From positions 10,810-74,809 of the forward strand of contig NZ_JAIZZK010000011.1 in assembly GCF_020443705.1 (NCBI RefSeq): a stretch of 64,000 bases of DNA. Direction: 5' to 3'. Made by a program: the position numbers and the translations under genes. Positions 1 through 9,661 of the stretch are shown in pieces. Numbering within the stretch: position 1 is the first letter of the stretch; each line of letters begins with the position of its first letter. The notes under the pieces are model-generated. The model had not been told where the DNA came from and searched no databases. It saw only the letters and a program-made list of their open reading frames with translations. The DNA is from Clostridium algoriphilum (lineage in GTDB: Bacteria > Bacillota > Clostridia > Clostridiales > Clostridiaceae).

Positions 1-176
1 CATATAATTTTTTTAATATTTCTTACTACTATAATACACTTTTATTAATACACTATCCAATATAATATTATTATCTATTTAGTAGAATATTATTATTTAT
101 TCAATAAGTAGCCGCAATATAATCACTTGCATATAATGTAATATTCATTTAACAATATAGTCATATAATATAAAAT

Positions 177-212
177 GCCCTTGTAATTTTATAAATTACA
201 AGGGCATTTTTT
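177..212. terminator. GC-rich 13-bp stem hairpin (gcccttgtaattt / aaattacaagggc) followed by T-run; bidirectional terminator at end of permease gene / upstream off-window gene
   Basis: Perfect inverted repeat 177-189/193-205 followed by atttttt on + strand. Confidence 0.6.
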
Positions 213-245
213 CAAATTACTATTCTTTACTAACCTTAATAAAAT

Positions 246-1637
246 TTAGTGTAGCATTTTCTTTCTTAGATCATCAACTTTTTTATCATCCTTATTATTT
301 TGAAGCATCATGTATAAGTAAATCGGGATGCCTACAAGCATTAGTATAAATCCAAACATTACAACCTCTGCACCGGTTCCATAAATTGCATATATAGTAT
401 ACCCAAAAGCAAGCAATGCTACAAATGAATTTTTTAAGAAATTCCATATATTAAAGTCTGAAGAATGTTTCTTTAAAAGCACTATATCTGCCGCTGCCGA
501 AAAAGCATAAGCAGGTAAAAATGCCAATGTAGCTAATAATAACATAAAGTTAAATGCTGCATTTAAAGTACTTACGTAGTTTAGTATGAGAAGGATATTA
601 GCTGCGACACCACTTATTACAAGTGATGCAACAGGTGTTTTATATTTGGGATGTATTTTTCCAAATATTTGTGGAAATAACTTATCTTTAGCAGCACCAT
701 ATGAACTTCTTGCAGTTGTTAATATCCATCCTGCAGTAGCTCCAAGTGTCGATATTATAGCACCTATTGCTATAAAGTTACCACCCCAAGTTCCACCAGT
801 TGCTGAGTTAATTATATCAGCGAGTGGCGCTTTTGAATTAGCTAATGTAGCTTGATCTAAAACTCCCATAGCAACTATTGAAACAATTAAATATATAGCA
901 GCTGAAATCAAAGTACCATATATTGTACTCTTTCTAATATTTACTCTTGGATTTTTAATTTCTCCTGCAGGTACTGTTGCACTTTCAATTCCTACAAAGG
1001 CCCAGAGAGCAATTGCAATTGCTGCGGGCAATGTACTCATCCCCGAAACCTTAGCACTAGATACTGTGTTAAGCATTGCAGGATTAAAGTGCATAGCTGC
1101 AATTACCACAAATACTACTAAAGCACCTACTTTTAATACTGTTGTTATAATGGTAATTATACCTGCTCCTTTAACGCCTAGAATATTTACAATGGTAAAA
1201 AACCACAATACCCCTGAGGTAATTAAGAATGCCATAAGTGGTGTAGCTGTTCCAGGAAAGAAGTATGTGAAATAAAGCATAAATGCAGTTATAATAGCTG
1301 CATTTCCTACCCATGCACCTACCCAATAGGTCCATGCAATTAAAAATCCTGCGAAATCACCAAATGCAGCCCTAGTATATACAATAGGTCCACCGGTTCT
1401 TGGCATAGCTGTTCCTAGACTAGCAAAGCTTAACGCAATTAGTAATGACCCAATAGCTGTAATTACCCAAGCAATTATAGCAGTTTTAGGGTTTGATGCA
1501 GAAGCTAAAGATGCAGCTGAGGTAAAAATACCTGAACCTATACAGTTTCCTACTACTATAGCAGTTGCTGCAGCGAGACCAAGTTCCCTTTTAAGCTCCA
1601 TTTTGTCTAAATTATTATTCTTATTGTTTTTACTCAT
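246..1637 (-). CDS. APC-superfamily amino acid permease (12 TM, amino acid/polyamine antiporter-like)
   Basis: 463 aa, highly hydrophobic, N-terminal motif GNCIGSGIFT typical of APC family permeases; polybasic/Asn-rich cytoplasmic N-terminus. Confidence 0.8.
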   Translation of the reverse strand: MSKNNKNNNLDKMELKRELGLAAATAIVVGNCIGSGIFTSAASLASASNPKTAIIAWVITAIGSLLIALSFASLGTAMPRTGGPIVYTRAAFGDFAGFLIAWTYWVGAWVGNAAIITAFMLYFTYFFPGTATPLMAFLITSGVLWFFTIVNILGVKGAGIITIITTVLKVGALVVFVVIAAMHFNPAMLNTVSSAKVSGMSTLPAAIAIALWAFVGIESATVPAGEIKNPRVNIRKSTIYGTLISAAIYLIVSIVAMGVLDQATLANSKAPLADIINSATGGTWGGNFIAIGAIISTLGATAGWILTTARSSYGAAKDKLFPQIFGKIHPKYKTPVASLVISGVAANILLILNYVSTLNAAFNFMLLLATLAFLPAYAFSAAADIVLLKKHSSDFNIWNFLKNSFVALLAFGYTIYAIYGTGAEVVMFGFILMLVGIPIYLYMMLQNNKDDKKVDDLRKKMLH

Positions 1638-2081
1638 AAATACCCTCCTTATTACTCTAATAAACTATTTTACGATAATTGTAAAATGTGTTCGCTTAAA
1701 TATTACTAAACTATAATTACTCATATTTATTTTTTAATTCAACACTATATATTTATTTCGTTATTATGCAGAACATTATTAAATTGTGTAATTAAATATA
1801 AATATATCATATTATCACAATAAAAACGATATTATTATTTAATTTACGTCTTTTTATAATTAATTATTTCCATTTTTGCTATTACAATGAAAAATTATTG
1901 TAAACTAATTACTTTTAGGTTATACATGTGCATCTGTATAAGCCAAAATGTTCATATATATTTTATACTAAATCGAGCAAACTATGTACAATTTTAATCC
2001 ATTATCTGAAAGGAGAATTTGCATAGCGTACTAGGAACAAAAACTAGATAATATTAAAGTAAAAAGAAGACAGTAAACATT

Positions 2082-2118
2082 AAAACACAGTAGATTTATA
2101 TTTATTCTACTGTGTTTT
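2082..2118 (-). terminator. rho-independent terminator downstream of GNAT gene (stem aaaacacagtaga / tctactgtgtttt)
   Basis: 13-bp inverted repeat with AT-rich loop; lies just 3' of the minus-strand CDS ending at 2149. Confidence 0.55.
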
Positions 2119-2148
2119 AATATTCCTATTACACTATGTTTTTAATGT

Positions 2149-2700
2149 TTATTCTTTTGTAGCACCTTCCCACTCAGGTCTCAACAATCCATATAAATAC
2201 ATGTCATACCTTCTACCATCCCTATGAATGAATTCTCTATAGACCCCTTCTCTTTTAAATCCTAATTTTTCATATAGTTTTATTGCAGGTTCGTTATATT
2301 CCAATACAGTTAGATATATTCTATGAAAATTCAGTTCCTCAAATCCAAACTCAATAGTTAATTTAAGAGCTTCTTTTCCATAACCACATCCCCTGTGCTT
2401 TTCATCTCCAATTCCTATATATATTAAAGATGTTCCGTTATTCCAAGATATATTTTCAAACCCTGTAACGCCAATTATTTCTTGTTGCCCAAGCTTCTTT
2501 ACAGCAAAAATGTATGCAGTATTACACTTTCTAACTTCACTAATCATCTCTAGTACATCTACAAGATTTTTAGGATTTGCACTTACTGTATCATAATTAC
2601 GCATGAAGAGTGCATCATTGTGCCAATCTTGAATTGTCGTAACATCATCTTCATTAATAGATGTAAGTTTTATTTCCTTACCACTCAAAAGATTTTTCAT
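2149..2700 (-). CDS. GNAT family N-acetyltransferase (RimJ/RimL-like)
   Basis: 183 aa; C-terminal acetyl-CoA binding region HRIYLTVLEYNEPAIKLYEKLGFKREG characteristic of GNAT fold. Confidence 0.75.
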   Translation of the reverse strand: MKNLLSGKEIKLTSINEDDVTTIQDWHNDALFMRNYDTVSANPKNLVDVLEMISEVRKCNTAYIFAVKKLGQQEIIGVTGFENISWNNGTSLIYIGIGDEKHRGCGYGKEALKLTIEFGFEELNFHRIYLTVLEYNEPAIKLYEKLGFKREGVYREFIHRDGRRYDMYLYGLLRPEWEGATKE

Positions 2701-2820
2701 TTTATCACCTTTCCTAATATCTAATTTTAAATTAAGTATAGTATATATTTCAAAAATAGACTAGCTGCATGCTAGTCTGTTTATTTGATGCTCACTAATT
2801 AATGATAATTTATATATTTA

Positions 2821-3723
2821 TTAAACATTTTCAAAACTAAAAATATATTTTTTCTCTAATTTAAAAGGATGATAAGATAATTTAGATTTCCTAAGACCAG
2901 CAATTCCAAGGTCCTGTTCCCTATTAATTATTTTAACATCACTAAAATTTCTATCAACAAAAGTTTTGTTAATGAAACTATAAACTCCACTATAATTCAC
3001 ATCTGCCTTTTCTATATGAATCACCGCCAAATCATCATTTAGTTTTTCACCTAAACTAAAAGCTACTATTCTTTCGTCTACATAAACAGCTATACCTTTA
3101 GTGTTTACAATATTAATATTTTTAAGTACATCTTTTATTCCTTGTAGTTCATAATTAAGTATATTATCATTGTTATTTCCTTTATTCCATTTTTCTGCAG
3201 CTATTATTACATCCTTTATTACTTCTACCTCTTTAATATCTTTAACTTCATAATCGTAACTCTTTATAAAGGAATTATAATGATTTCTTTTCCCATGAAG
3301 TTTCTTTCCTGAAAGCCTTGCAAGCTTTTCTGATTCATATAAATAATCGAAATTATCTCTATCTTCTTCTATATAGATACCTACAACGTCATCATATATA
3401 TCCCTTATTTCTTCCATAAACTCTTCATCGAGATCTTTAAATAAATATTCCATGTTGTTTTCCGTTTTATAAAGCATTAGTTCATCTATAATCTCTTTAA
3501 GATTTTCCTTATTATATCCAAGTGGCTGCATAAAGTAGTATTTGCCTTCAAAATCTTTTTTCTTAATTATTAAGGTATCTTTATCAATTGTAAAACAAAC
3601 ATCACAAGCTTTTCTCCATATATATAAAGTTGTAAAAGAATACTCACAACTTAAAAATTTATATGGACATATAAATTTTTCTATTATATTCTTATCTTCA
3701 ATCTCAAGTCTTTTAAAAATCAT
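2821..3723 (-). CDS. DUF2156 domain protein (homolog of the aminoacyl-phosphatidylglycerol synthase MprF C-terminal transferase domain)
   Basis: 300 aa; motifs YSFTTLYIW, KKLHGKRNHYNSF, VIHIEKAD..YSGVY, EQDLGIAGLRKSKLSYHP match the LPG_synthase_C/DUF2156 family; no membrane domain. Confidence 0.55.
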   Translation of the reverse strand: MIFKRLEIEDKNIIEKFICPYKFLSCEYSFTTLYIWRKACDVCFTIDKDTLIIKKKDFEGKYYFMQPLGYNKENLKEIIDELMLYKTENNMEYLFKDLDEEFMEEIRDIYDDVVGIYIEEDRDNFDYLYESEKLARLSGKKLHGKRNHYNSFIKSYDYEVKDIKEVEVIKDVIIAAEKWNKGNNNDNILNYELQGIKDVLKNINIVNTKGIAVYVDERIVAFSLGEKLNDDLAVIHIEKADVNYSGVYSFINKTFVDRNFSDVKIINREQDLGIAGLRKSKLSYHPFKLEKKYIFSFENV

Positions 3724-4123
3724 AATCTCAACCTTTCCCTTTAGGATATACCATAAATATTGTTATCTATTTATATTCATTCTTCATTTTAGTCTGTTAA
3801 ATCATTTTTTGCAAGTAGATACTTTTTAAGCCTCTAGTTACCAAATAGATACCTTCTGAATTAACATTAATGTAAATTTTATTTTACTGCATTTCTATTA
3901 ATAATAGTTTATATAACAGAACTCCTGTATAATATAACTACATAATATTATATCATTACCTGAATAACTTTATGTGGTTATATTAAATTAAAACCTCAAG
4001 TATATCTAGCTCTATACTTATGGAAATTGCATTTGCTAGGTCATAAATAACAATTTTATTTAATTATTTTTCATTTTATGATATAATTTTCTTAGGTTAT
4101 ATCTTAAGGAGTGTGAAAATATT

Positions 4124-5368
4124 ATGGACCCCGAAGGTACGTGGCAAATTATATCTTTAGTGATTTTACTAGGATTTTCAGCCTTTTTCTCTGCTTCTGA
4201 AACTGGATTAATGACTTTAAGCAAAATTAGATTAAGGCACATGGTAGATTCAGAAATCAAAGGTGCTGATCGACTTAATAAATTACTTAAAAAACCAAAT
4301 AAACTCTTAGGCGGCATTTTAGTTGGAAATAACATTGCAAATATTGGTGCATCCGCACTTGCAACCTCTTTAGCAATGAAATATTGGGGAGCTTCTGGAG
4401 TAGGTATTGCGACTGCTGGAATGACAATACTAGTATTAATTTTTGGCGAGATAACACCAAAGTCACTAGCTGCGCAAAATTCCGAAAAAATTTCTCTAAA
4501 GGTCGCTCGACCAATAAGTATAATTACCTTTATTTTAAATCCAATTATTGTAGTATTGATTTATATTACGAATAATTTTATAAAAATACTTGGTGGTGAA
4601 GTTGGTAAGCAGAAACCCTTTATTACTGAGGAAGAGTTAAAAACTATGGTTAGTGTAAGTCATGAGGAAGGAGTACTCGAAGTTGAAGAGAAGCAAATGA
4701 TTTATAATGTGTTTGAATTTGGAGATTCACAAGCAAAAGATGTTATGACTCCAAGAACTGATATGATTGTAGCGAATTCAAACTCAACTTACACTGAACT
4801 TATAAAAATCTTCAGGGACGAGCAATTCTCAAGACTTCCTATATATGAAGAAACTGTTGATAATATTATTGGAGTTTTATATATTAAGGACTTAATTTTC
4901 TTTGAAGAAGGAAAAGATGAATTTGATATTGTTAAACATATGCGTGTTCCTTACTTTACTTATGAATTCAAAAGCACTGTCGATCTATTTGCTGACATGC
5001 GTTTAAAACGAGTACCTATAGCCATTCTACTTGATGAATATGGGGGGACTTCCGGAATTGTTACAATTGAAGATCTAGTAGAAGAAATTGTTGGCGATAT
5101 AGACGATGAATATGATGATGATACAGATAAGATTCAAGTTATAAAAGAAGATGAATTTATTGTTGACGGCGATACAAAAATAAATATGGTTAATGAAATG
5201 ATAGGCTTAAATATTGAGTCGGAAGATTTTGACTCTATAGGTGGTTTTGTTACAGGTATTCTTGGACGTCTTCCAAAGACAGGTGAGACAATTAATTATA
5301 ACGATACAAAATTTATTATACAAAACACTAGTAAAAATCGTATAATGAAATTAAAAATTATAACTTAA
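4124..5368 (+). CDS. Hemolysin-family transporter TlyC/CorC (CNNM/DUF21 membrane domain + CBS pair + CorC_HlyC C-terminal domain)
   Basis: 414 aa; N-terminal 4 TM segments, central CBS-like repeats, C-terminal transporter-associated domain; RBS aggag 8 nt upstream. Confidence 0.8.
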   Translation: MDPEGTWQIISLVILLGFSAFFSASETGLMTLSKIRLRHMVDSEIKGADRLNKLLKKPNKLLGGILVGNNIANIGASALATSLAMKYWGASGVGIATAGMTILVLIFGEITPKSLAAQNSEKISLKVARPISIITFILNPIIVVLIYITNNFIKILGGEVGKQKPFITEEELKTMVSVSHEEGVLEVEEKQMIYNVFEFGDSQAKDVMTPRTDMIVANSNSTYTELIKIFRDEQFSRLPIYEETVDNIIGVLYIKDLIFFEEGKDEFDIVKHMRVPYFTYEFKSTVDLFADMRLKRVPIAILLDEYGGTSGIVTIEDLVEEIVGDIDDEYDDDTDKIQVIKEDEFIVDGDTKINMVNEMIGLNIESEDFDSIGGFVTGILGRLPKTGETINYNDTKFIIQNTSKNRIMKLKIIT

Positions 5369-5373
5369 TAACA

Positions 5374-5418
5374 AAAACTTAAGGTTAATTATATAAATTA
5401 ACCTTAAGTTTTTTATTA
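5374..5418. terminator. bidirectional terminator between convergent hemolysin-family and DEAD-box genes (stem aacttaaggttaatt / aattaaccttaagtt)
   Basis: 15-bp perfect inverted repeat followed by tttttatt. Confidence 0.65.
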
Positions 5419-5454
5419 TTTACATTATGTTGATCCAGTAAATTAAATAAATCA

Positions 5455-6561
5455 CTATAAAATTTTTCTAGGTATTTTACCCTTAATTTTCTTTTCTATA
5501 GAATCCAAGAGAAATTTGTCTTTTGGGGCTGCAAATAAATAGGTATATCCATCTTCTCCAGCTCTTCCAGTTCTACCTATTCGGTGAATATAAGCTTCAG
5601 CAGTTTCAGGTATATCATAATTATAAACATGACTAACTCCGTTTATATCAAGCCCTCTAGATGCTACATCTGTAGCAATTAAATATTGTATATCGCAGTG
5701 TTTAAACTCTTTCATTATCTTCTCTCTTTTTGATTGAGTTATATCCGAATGAAGTTTTTTGCAATTGTAACCTCTTTTATATAGAGCTACCTCTAGATCA
5801 TCAACTCGTCTTTTAGTTCTGCAAAATATGATAGCCATAAAAGGATTATCCTCATCCATTACCTTGCATAAATCTTCTTGTTTTCTTCTATCTGTGGTTT
5901 CTATTAAAAACTGTTTTATGTTTTTAAGTGTTGTCTCTTCTTTTTTAACAATTACTTCTTTAGGATCATTCATATATTTGTATGCCATTTTTTTTACGTC
6001 TGAGCTCATAGTTGCTGAGAAACATAAAGTTTGCCTGTTTTTTGGTGTTGTTTCTAATATATTTTCAATATCGTTTTTAAATCCCATAAGAAGCATTTGA
6101 TCTGCCTCATCTAAAACTACTGTCTTAAGATTATCCAGTTTAACCGTACCACGTCTAAGATGGTCTAATAATCTTCCCGGTGTTGCAATGACAAGGTGAA
6201 TATTTCCCTTAAGTTTTTTAAGCTGTGCACCTATATCTTTGCCACCGTAAGCAGCCAAAATATTCAAGTTTTTAACCCCTGCAATTTTCTTAGCTTCCTC
6301 AGTTATCTGTATGGCAAGTTCTCTTGTAGGCGTCACTATTAACCCTTGTATTGTAGTTATATCAGCCGACATATTGTCAAACATTGGAAGTAAAAATGCA
6401 AGTGTTTTTCCAGTACCTGTTTGTGCCTCAGCTATAACATCACTTCCACTCTTTATTAATTGAATACTTTGCTCTTGAACTTCCGTTGGCTCAGTTATTC
6501 CTTGAATTTTTATCATACTTAAAATATCATCATTAAGACCCAATTTTTTAAATTTTATCAT
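5455..6561 (-). CDS. DEAD-box ATP-dependent RNA helicase
   Basis: 368 aa; Q-motif region, Walker A AQTGTGKT, PTRELA, DEAD, SAT, HRIGRTGRAG motifs all present. Confidence 0.9.
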   Translation of the reverse strand: MIKFKKLGLNDDILSMIKIQGITEPTEVQEQSIQLIKSGSDVIAEAQTGTGKTLAFLLPMFDNMSADITTIQGLIVTPTRELAIQITEEAKKIAGVKNLNILAAYGGKDIGAQLKKLKGNIHLVIATPGRLLDHLRRGTVKLDNLKTVVLDEADQMLLMGFKNDIENILETTPKNRQTLCFSATMSSDVKKMAYKYMNDPKEVIVKKEETTLKNIKQFLIETTDRRKQEDLCKVMDEDNPFMAIIFCRTKRRVDDLEVALYKRGYNCKKLHSDITQSKREKIMKEFKHCDIQYLIATDVASRGLDINGVSHVYNYDIPETAEAYIHRIGRTGRAGEDGYTYLFAAPKDKFLLDSIEKKIKGKIPRKIL

Positions 6562-6711
6562 TTTTATTTACCTTTCCATTTAACCATATTTTTAATACAT
6601 TATATATAAGCTATTTAATTATATCAGATATTTATTATAATAAAAAGAACTTTATCAAATACATTTCTTATATATAGACATTATGGTTTATACACAATAT
6701 CCTTTAGTACC

Positions 6712-7983
6712 TTATTTTTTAACTAATGATTTTACTGATACATCTATCTTTTCTGTCTGTAATGAATTAACCTTCGACTTTTTATTACGCACAAGAATAC
6801 TCTTACATCCATTAAGTAATGAAGTATTCTGCTCCCTTGCAAGAGCATTTATTATAGCTGAGCAACCTATAAATAATAATGCAGCTTGTGGTGCAATCAT
6901 TGTAAAATCAACCAATCCATGCCCAATTATTACTGCTTGAACACCTGCTAGCATTGGAACCATTTTATTGTTTTGTGTATAAAGCACCTTTAAATTTCTA
7001 TATAAATTAACTTTTAAATACAAGTATATTGAAATTCCTACTACTCCAAGTGTGGTCATAAAAGTAATCCATATGTTATGACCATGGTATATGGTTGCAT
7101 AATAATAACTTCCCAAGAACTTTGCCCCATACTCAGAAATCCCCATAAGTCCCCACCCCGTAAGAGGCTTTATTTTTATCATTTTTAAACAACCACTCCA
7201 TATTCCAAAACGACTATCAAATGAACCATCGAAATCATGACCAGTTATATTATGTAAAATTTGTGATGGCATAAAAGTAATTGCAGCTGTAAGTACAAAT
7301 ATTGTTATAAAGAGCCACAAATCTTTTTTATTACGCTTAAGTAGATAAAAGATAAATACTCCAAACAATAGTCCTATAAAAGCACCACGTGATCCCGTTA
7401 AGTATAATGCAATAACAAATAAAAGTGTTGATGTTTGATAAAACAATTTTGTATTTTTAGTTGTAGTGCTACAAAAATATAGACCTACTAGAGTCATTAT
7501 TGAAAACCAATTGCCCGCTACATTCGGATTTCCAAAGGTGCTATATATTCTATCATTAAATATTGGTTGAGATGTAAATTTAAGAAATCCAGCCCAAATA
7601 TTAAAATCGAAACACACATATATAATTTTCTCAACAATCCCAAAGACTGCTGAAAACAGTGAAAAACAGACTAAATATCTATATAATTTTTTTACCTTAT
7701 TTTCATTTTGGCAATAATCTTGTATAAATATCCCAACGCATAAATACATAAATATAATAAAAGAAGTAATAATTGATGTAACACTATAATTTATAATTCC
7801 AACCATCAAAGACCATATAAAAAGTAAACAAAGTCCTATGTTCCAATGATTTTTATATATATTAACTTTTTTAAACATGACCACATATGTCATATATATC
7901 ACTGGGATAATTGTCATATAAGGTGAAATAATCGTTAATAAAACTAAAATCGCCATAATAAAACCTCCTGTGACTATAGTCAC
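6712..7983 (-). CDS. O-antigen ligase family (Wzy_C) polytopic membrane protein
   Basis: 423 aa, >10 TM; periplasmic-loop motif YLTGSRGAFIGLLFGVFIFYLL typical of O-antigen ligase/WaaL-RfaL superfamily. Confidence 0.6.
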   Translation of the reverse strand: MTIVTGGFIMAILVLLTIISPYMTIIPVIYMTYVVMFKKVNIYKNHWNIGLCLLFIWSLMVGIINYSVTSIITSFIIFMYLCVGIFIQDYCQNENKVKKLYRYLVCFSLFSAVFGIVEKIIYVCFDFNIWAGFLKFTSQPIFNDRIYSTFGNPNVAGNWFSIMTLVGLYFCSTTTKNTKLFYQTSTLLFVIALYLTGSRGAFIGLLFGVFIFYLLKRNKKDLWLFITIFVLTAAITFMPSQILHNITGHDFDGSFDSRFGIWSGCLKMIKIKPLTGWGLMGISEYGAKFLGSYYYATIYHGHNIWITFMTTLGVVGISIYLYLKVNLYRNLKVLYTQNNKMVPMLAGVQAVIIGHGLVDFTMIAPQAALLFIGCSAIINALAREQNTSLLNGCKSILVRNKKSKVNSLQTEKIDVSVKSLVKK

Positions 7984-8226
7984 ATAAGTAATAATAGATA
8001 ATTATGTGAAAAACTTCAATAAGAAAAGTAATTGTTAACACTTTGTCTTTATTATTTGTAACTTTATAAATTAGTATACATATTAATTTATTATAATTAA
8101 GATTTATACACATTATAATATTGATTTTGGAATAAAACGCATAAAAAATAGCTAACCCATTAATTTCCAATGGATTAGCATTTATCAATGTGAATAGTCT
8201 CCTACTTTTAAATATATTTATATAAC

Positions 8227-8787
8227 TTATTTTTTCACTGATTGAGTACCACTTATAGAACCGGTTTTATCTAATTTAAATGCAGATTTAAGTGCATCTG
8301 TTGCAAAGTAAACATTTCCTTGTACTTTAGCATCTTTTATAGTAAATCCTTTAGCTTCAACATATACATCTCCTACAAATGTTCCACCTTGTATTTTAGA
8401 GTTTTCGCTCTTAACTATTAATTTTGGTGCTGTTAAAGTATAGCTAGCAGTTTTTACTCTTTTATCATCTTGTGCATAAAGCGCAAATTTACGTCCTGCT
8501 GGAACTTGTTTTGTTTTATCTTTTTTGTCAGCCACTTTAAATGATCCTTCTAAAACAATTTCTTTATCGACCTTTAAATCTTTTGTTATTGCTATAATCC
8601 AAGATCCATCTTTACTTACCGCTTTTTGAAAAGCAACTTGTTGATCTACTATTGAAGCTGTTGTTACTACATCTGTTTTTGCTTTTGTAGTTGATGTAGG
8701 TACTGTTTTATCCGCTGCTTTAGTACCACAACCCACTAATAAAGTAGCACCTACCGCTAGTGATAATATTATTGCTTTAACTTTCAT
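8227..8787 (-). CDS. Lipoprotein of unknown function (lipobox LLVGC), likely partner of adjacent ABC exporter
   Basis: Start reassigned to MKVKAIILSLAVGATLLVGCG (GGGGG RBS 7 nt upstream); signal peptide + Cys; Lys/Thr-rich beta-rich body; longer ORF 8227..8901 extends through unlikely upstream Met. Confidence 0.55.
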   Translation of the reverse strand: MKVKAIILSLAVGATLLVGCGTKAADKTVPTSTTKAKTDVVTTASIVDQQVAFQKAVSKDGSWIIAITKDLKVDKEIVLEGSFKVADKKDKTKQVPAGRKFALYAQDDKRVKTASYTLTAPKLIVKSENSKIQGGTFVGDVYVEAKGFTIKDAKVQGNVYFATDALKSAFKLDKTGSISGTQSVKK

Positions 8788-8965
8788 ATGAATACCCCCT
8801 AATAATATTTTACTTACATGTACATTGCTTAACAATTTAAGTATATCACATGTGATAAAAATATAACAAGCTGTAATGTGGGAAAATGTAACTGTTTCCA
8901 CGTACTAAATGAACAAAATTAACAAACCATAATTTAATGCTAATTAAATTCTTAAAATATAGATA

Positions 8966-9661
8966 TTAATACTTTATTGTTTTAATATCCATATTAATTC
9001 TTCCGTCTTTTATTTCAATAATTCTATCAGTCTTTTCTGCTATCCTTCTATCATGCGTTATAATTATGAAAGTTGTATTAAATTTTTCATTTATGTCCCT
9101 TAGTATAGTATATATATTCTCCGTAGACTGCGAATCTAAGTTTCCTGTAGGCTCATCTGCAAGTATTATTTTAGGATTATTAATAAGTGCTCTAGCAATA
9201 GCTGTCCTCTGCTGCTGTCCCCCAGACATATTCGATGCCAAGTTATCTTTTACATTGTATATTCCAACCATATTCATAAATTCCTCAGCCCTCTCTATTA
9301 TTTCTTTAGAAGGTTTTGGATTATCTATCATATACGGAATAAGTACATTCTCTATTGCTGTAAATTCTGGTAGCAAATAATGAAATTGAAAAACGAACCC
9401 TATAGTTTTATTTCGAAGCTCAGCTAATGAATTCTTACTCATACCATCTGTTCTATCTCCGTTTATATAAACTTCACCACTAGTTGGTTTATCTAACGTC
9501 CCCATAATATTTAATAATGTACTTTTACCACTTCCAGATTGACCTATAATGGAATTAAAAGATCCTTCTTCAAAACTTAGATTCACATCAAATAACACTT
9601 GGGTTTTTACTAAAGACCCATAAACTTTATTTATATTTTTTAAAGCAATAATGTTAGCCAT
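8966..9661 (-). CDS. ABC transporter ATP-binding protein (MacB/LolD/FtsE-like)
   Basis: 231 aa; Walker A GQSGSGKST, signature LSGGQQQRTAIARAL, Walker B ILADEPTGNLD, H-loop ITHD; overlaps permease by 8 nt. Confidence 0.9.
   Translation of the reverse strand: MANIIALKNINKVYGSLVKTQVLFDVNLSFEEGSFNSIIGQSGSGKSTLLNIMGTLDKPTSGEVYINGDRTDGMSKNSLAELRNKTIGFVFQFHYLLPEFTAIENVLIPYMIDNPKPSKEIIERAEEFMNMVGIYNVKDNLASNMSGGQQQRTAIARALINNPKIILADEPTGNLDSQSTENIYTILRDINEKFNTTFIIITHDRRIAEKTDRIIEIKDGRINMDIKTIKY

Noticed and set aside
586-1275. Two + strand ORFs (89 and 69 aa) inside the amino acid permease gene
   Set aside because: Antisense shadow ORFs within a strongly supported membrane transporter CDS.
1638-2148. 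Possible riboswitch/T-box in the 510-bp leader of the amino acid permease
   Set aside because: Region is extremely AT-rich with no GC-rich conserved cores (no T-box AGGGTGG…, no lysine or glycine riboswitch motifs) and no convincing stem structures beyond the GNAT terminator.
4060-4575. Short ORFs (91, 75, 63 aa) around the hemolysin-family gene start
   Set aside because: Overlap the conserved CNNM-domain CDS in other frames or strands, with no supporting signals.
7871-8188. 105-aa minus-strand ORF overlapping the 5' end of the O-antigen-ligase-like gene
   Set aside because: Overlaps the start of the larger gene in another frame. AT-rich with Ile/Tyr/Asn composition typical of random ORFs in low-GC DNA, and no RBS.
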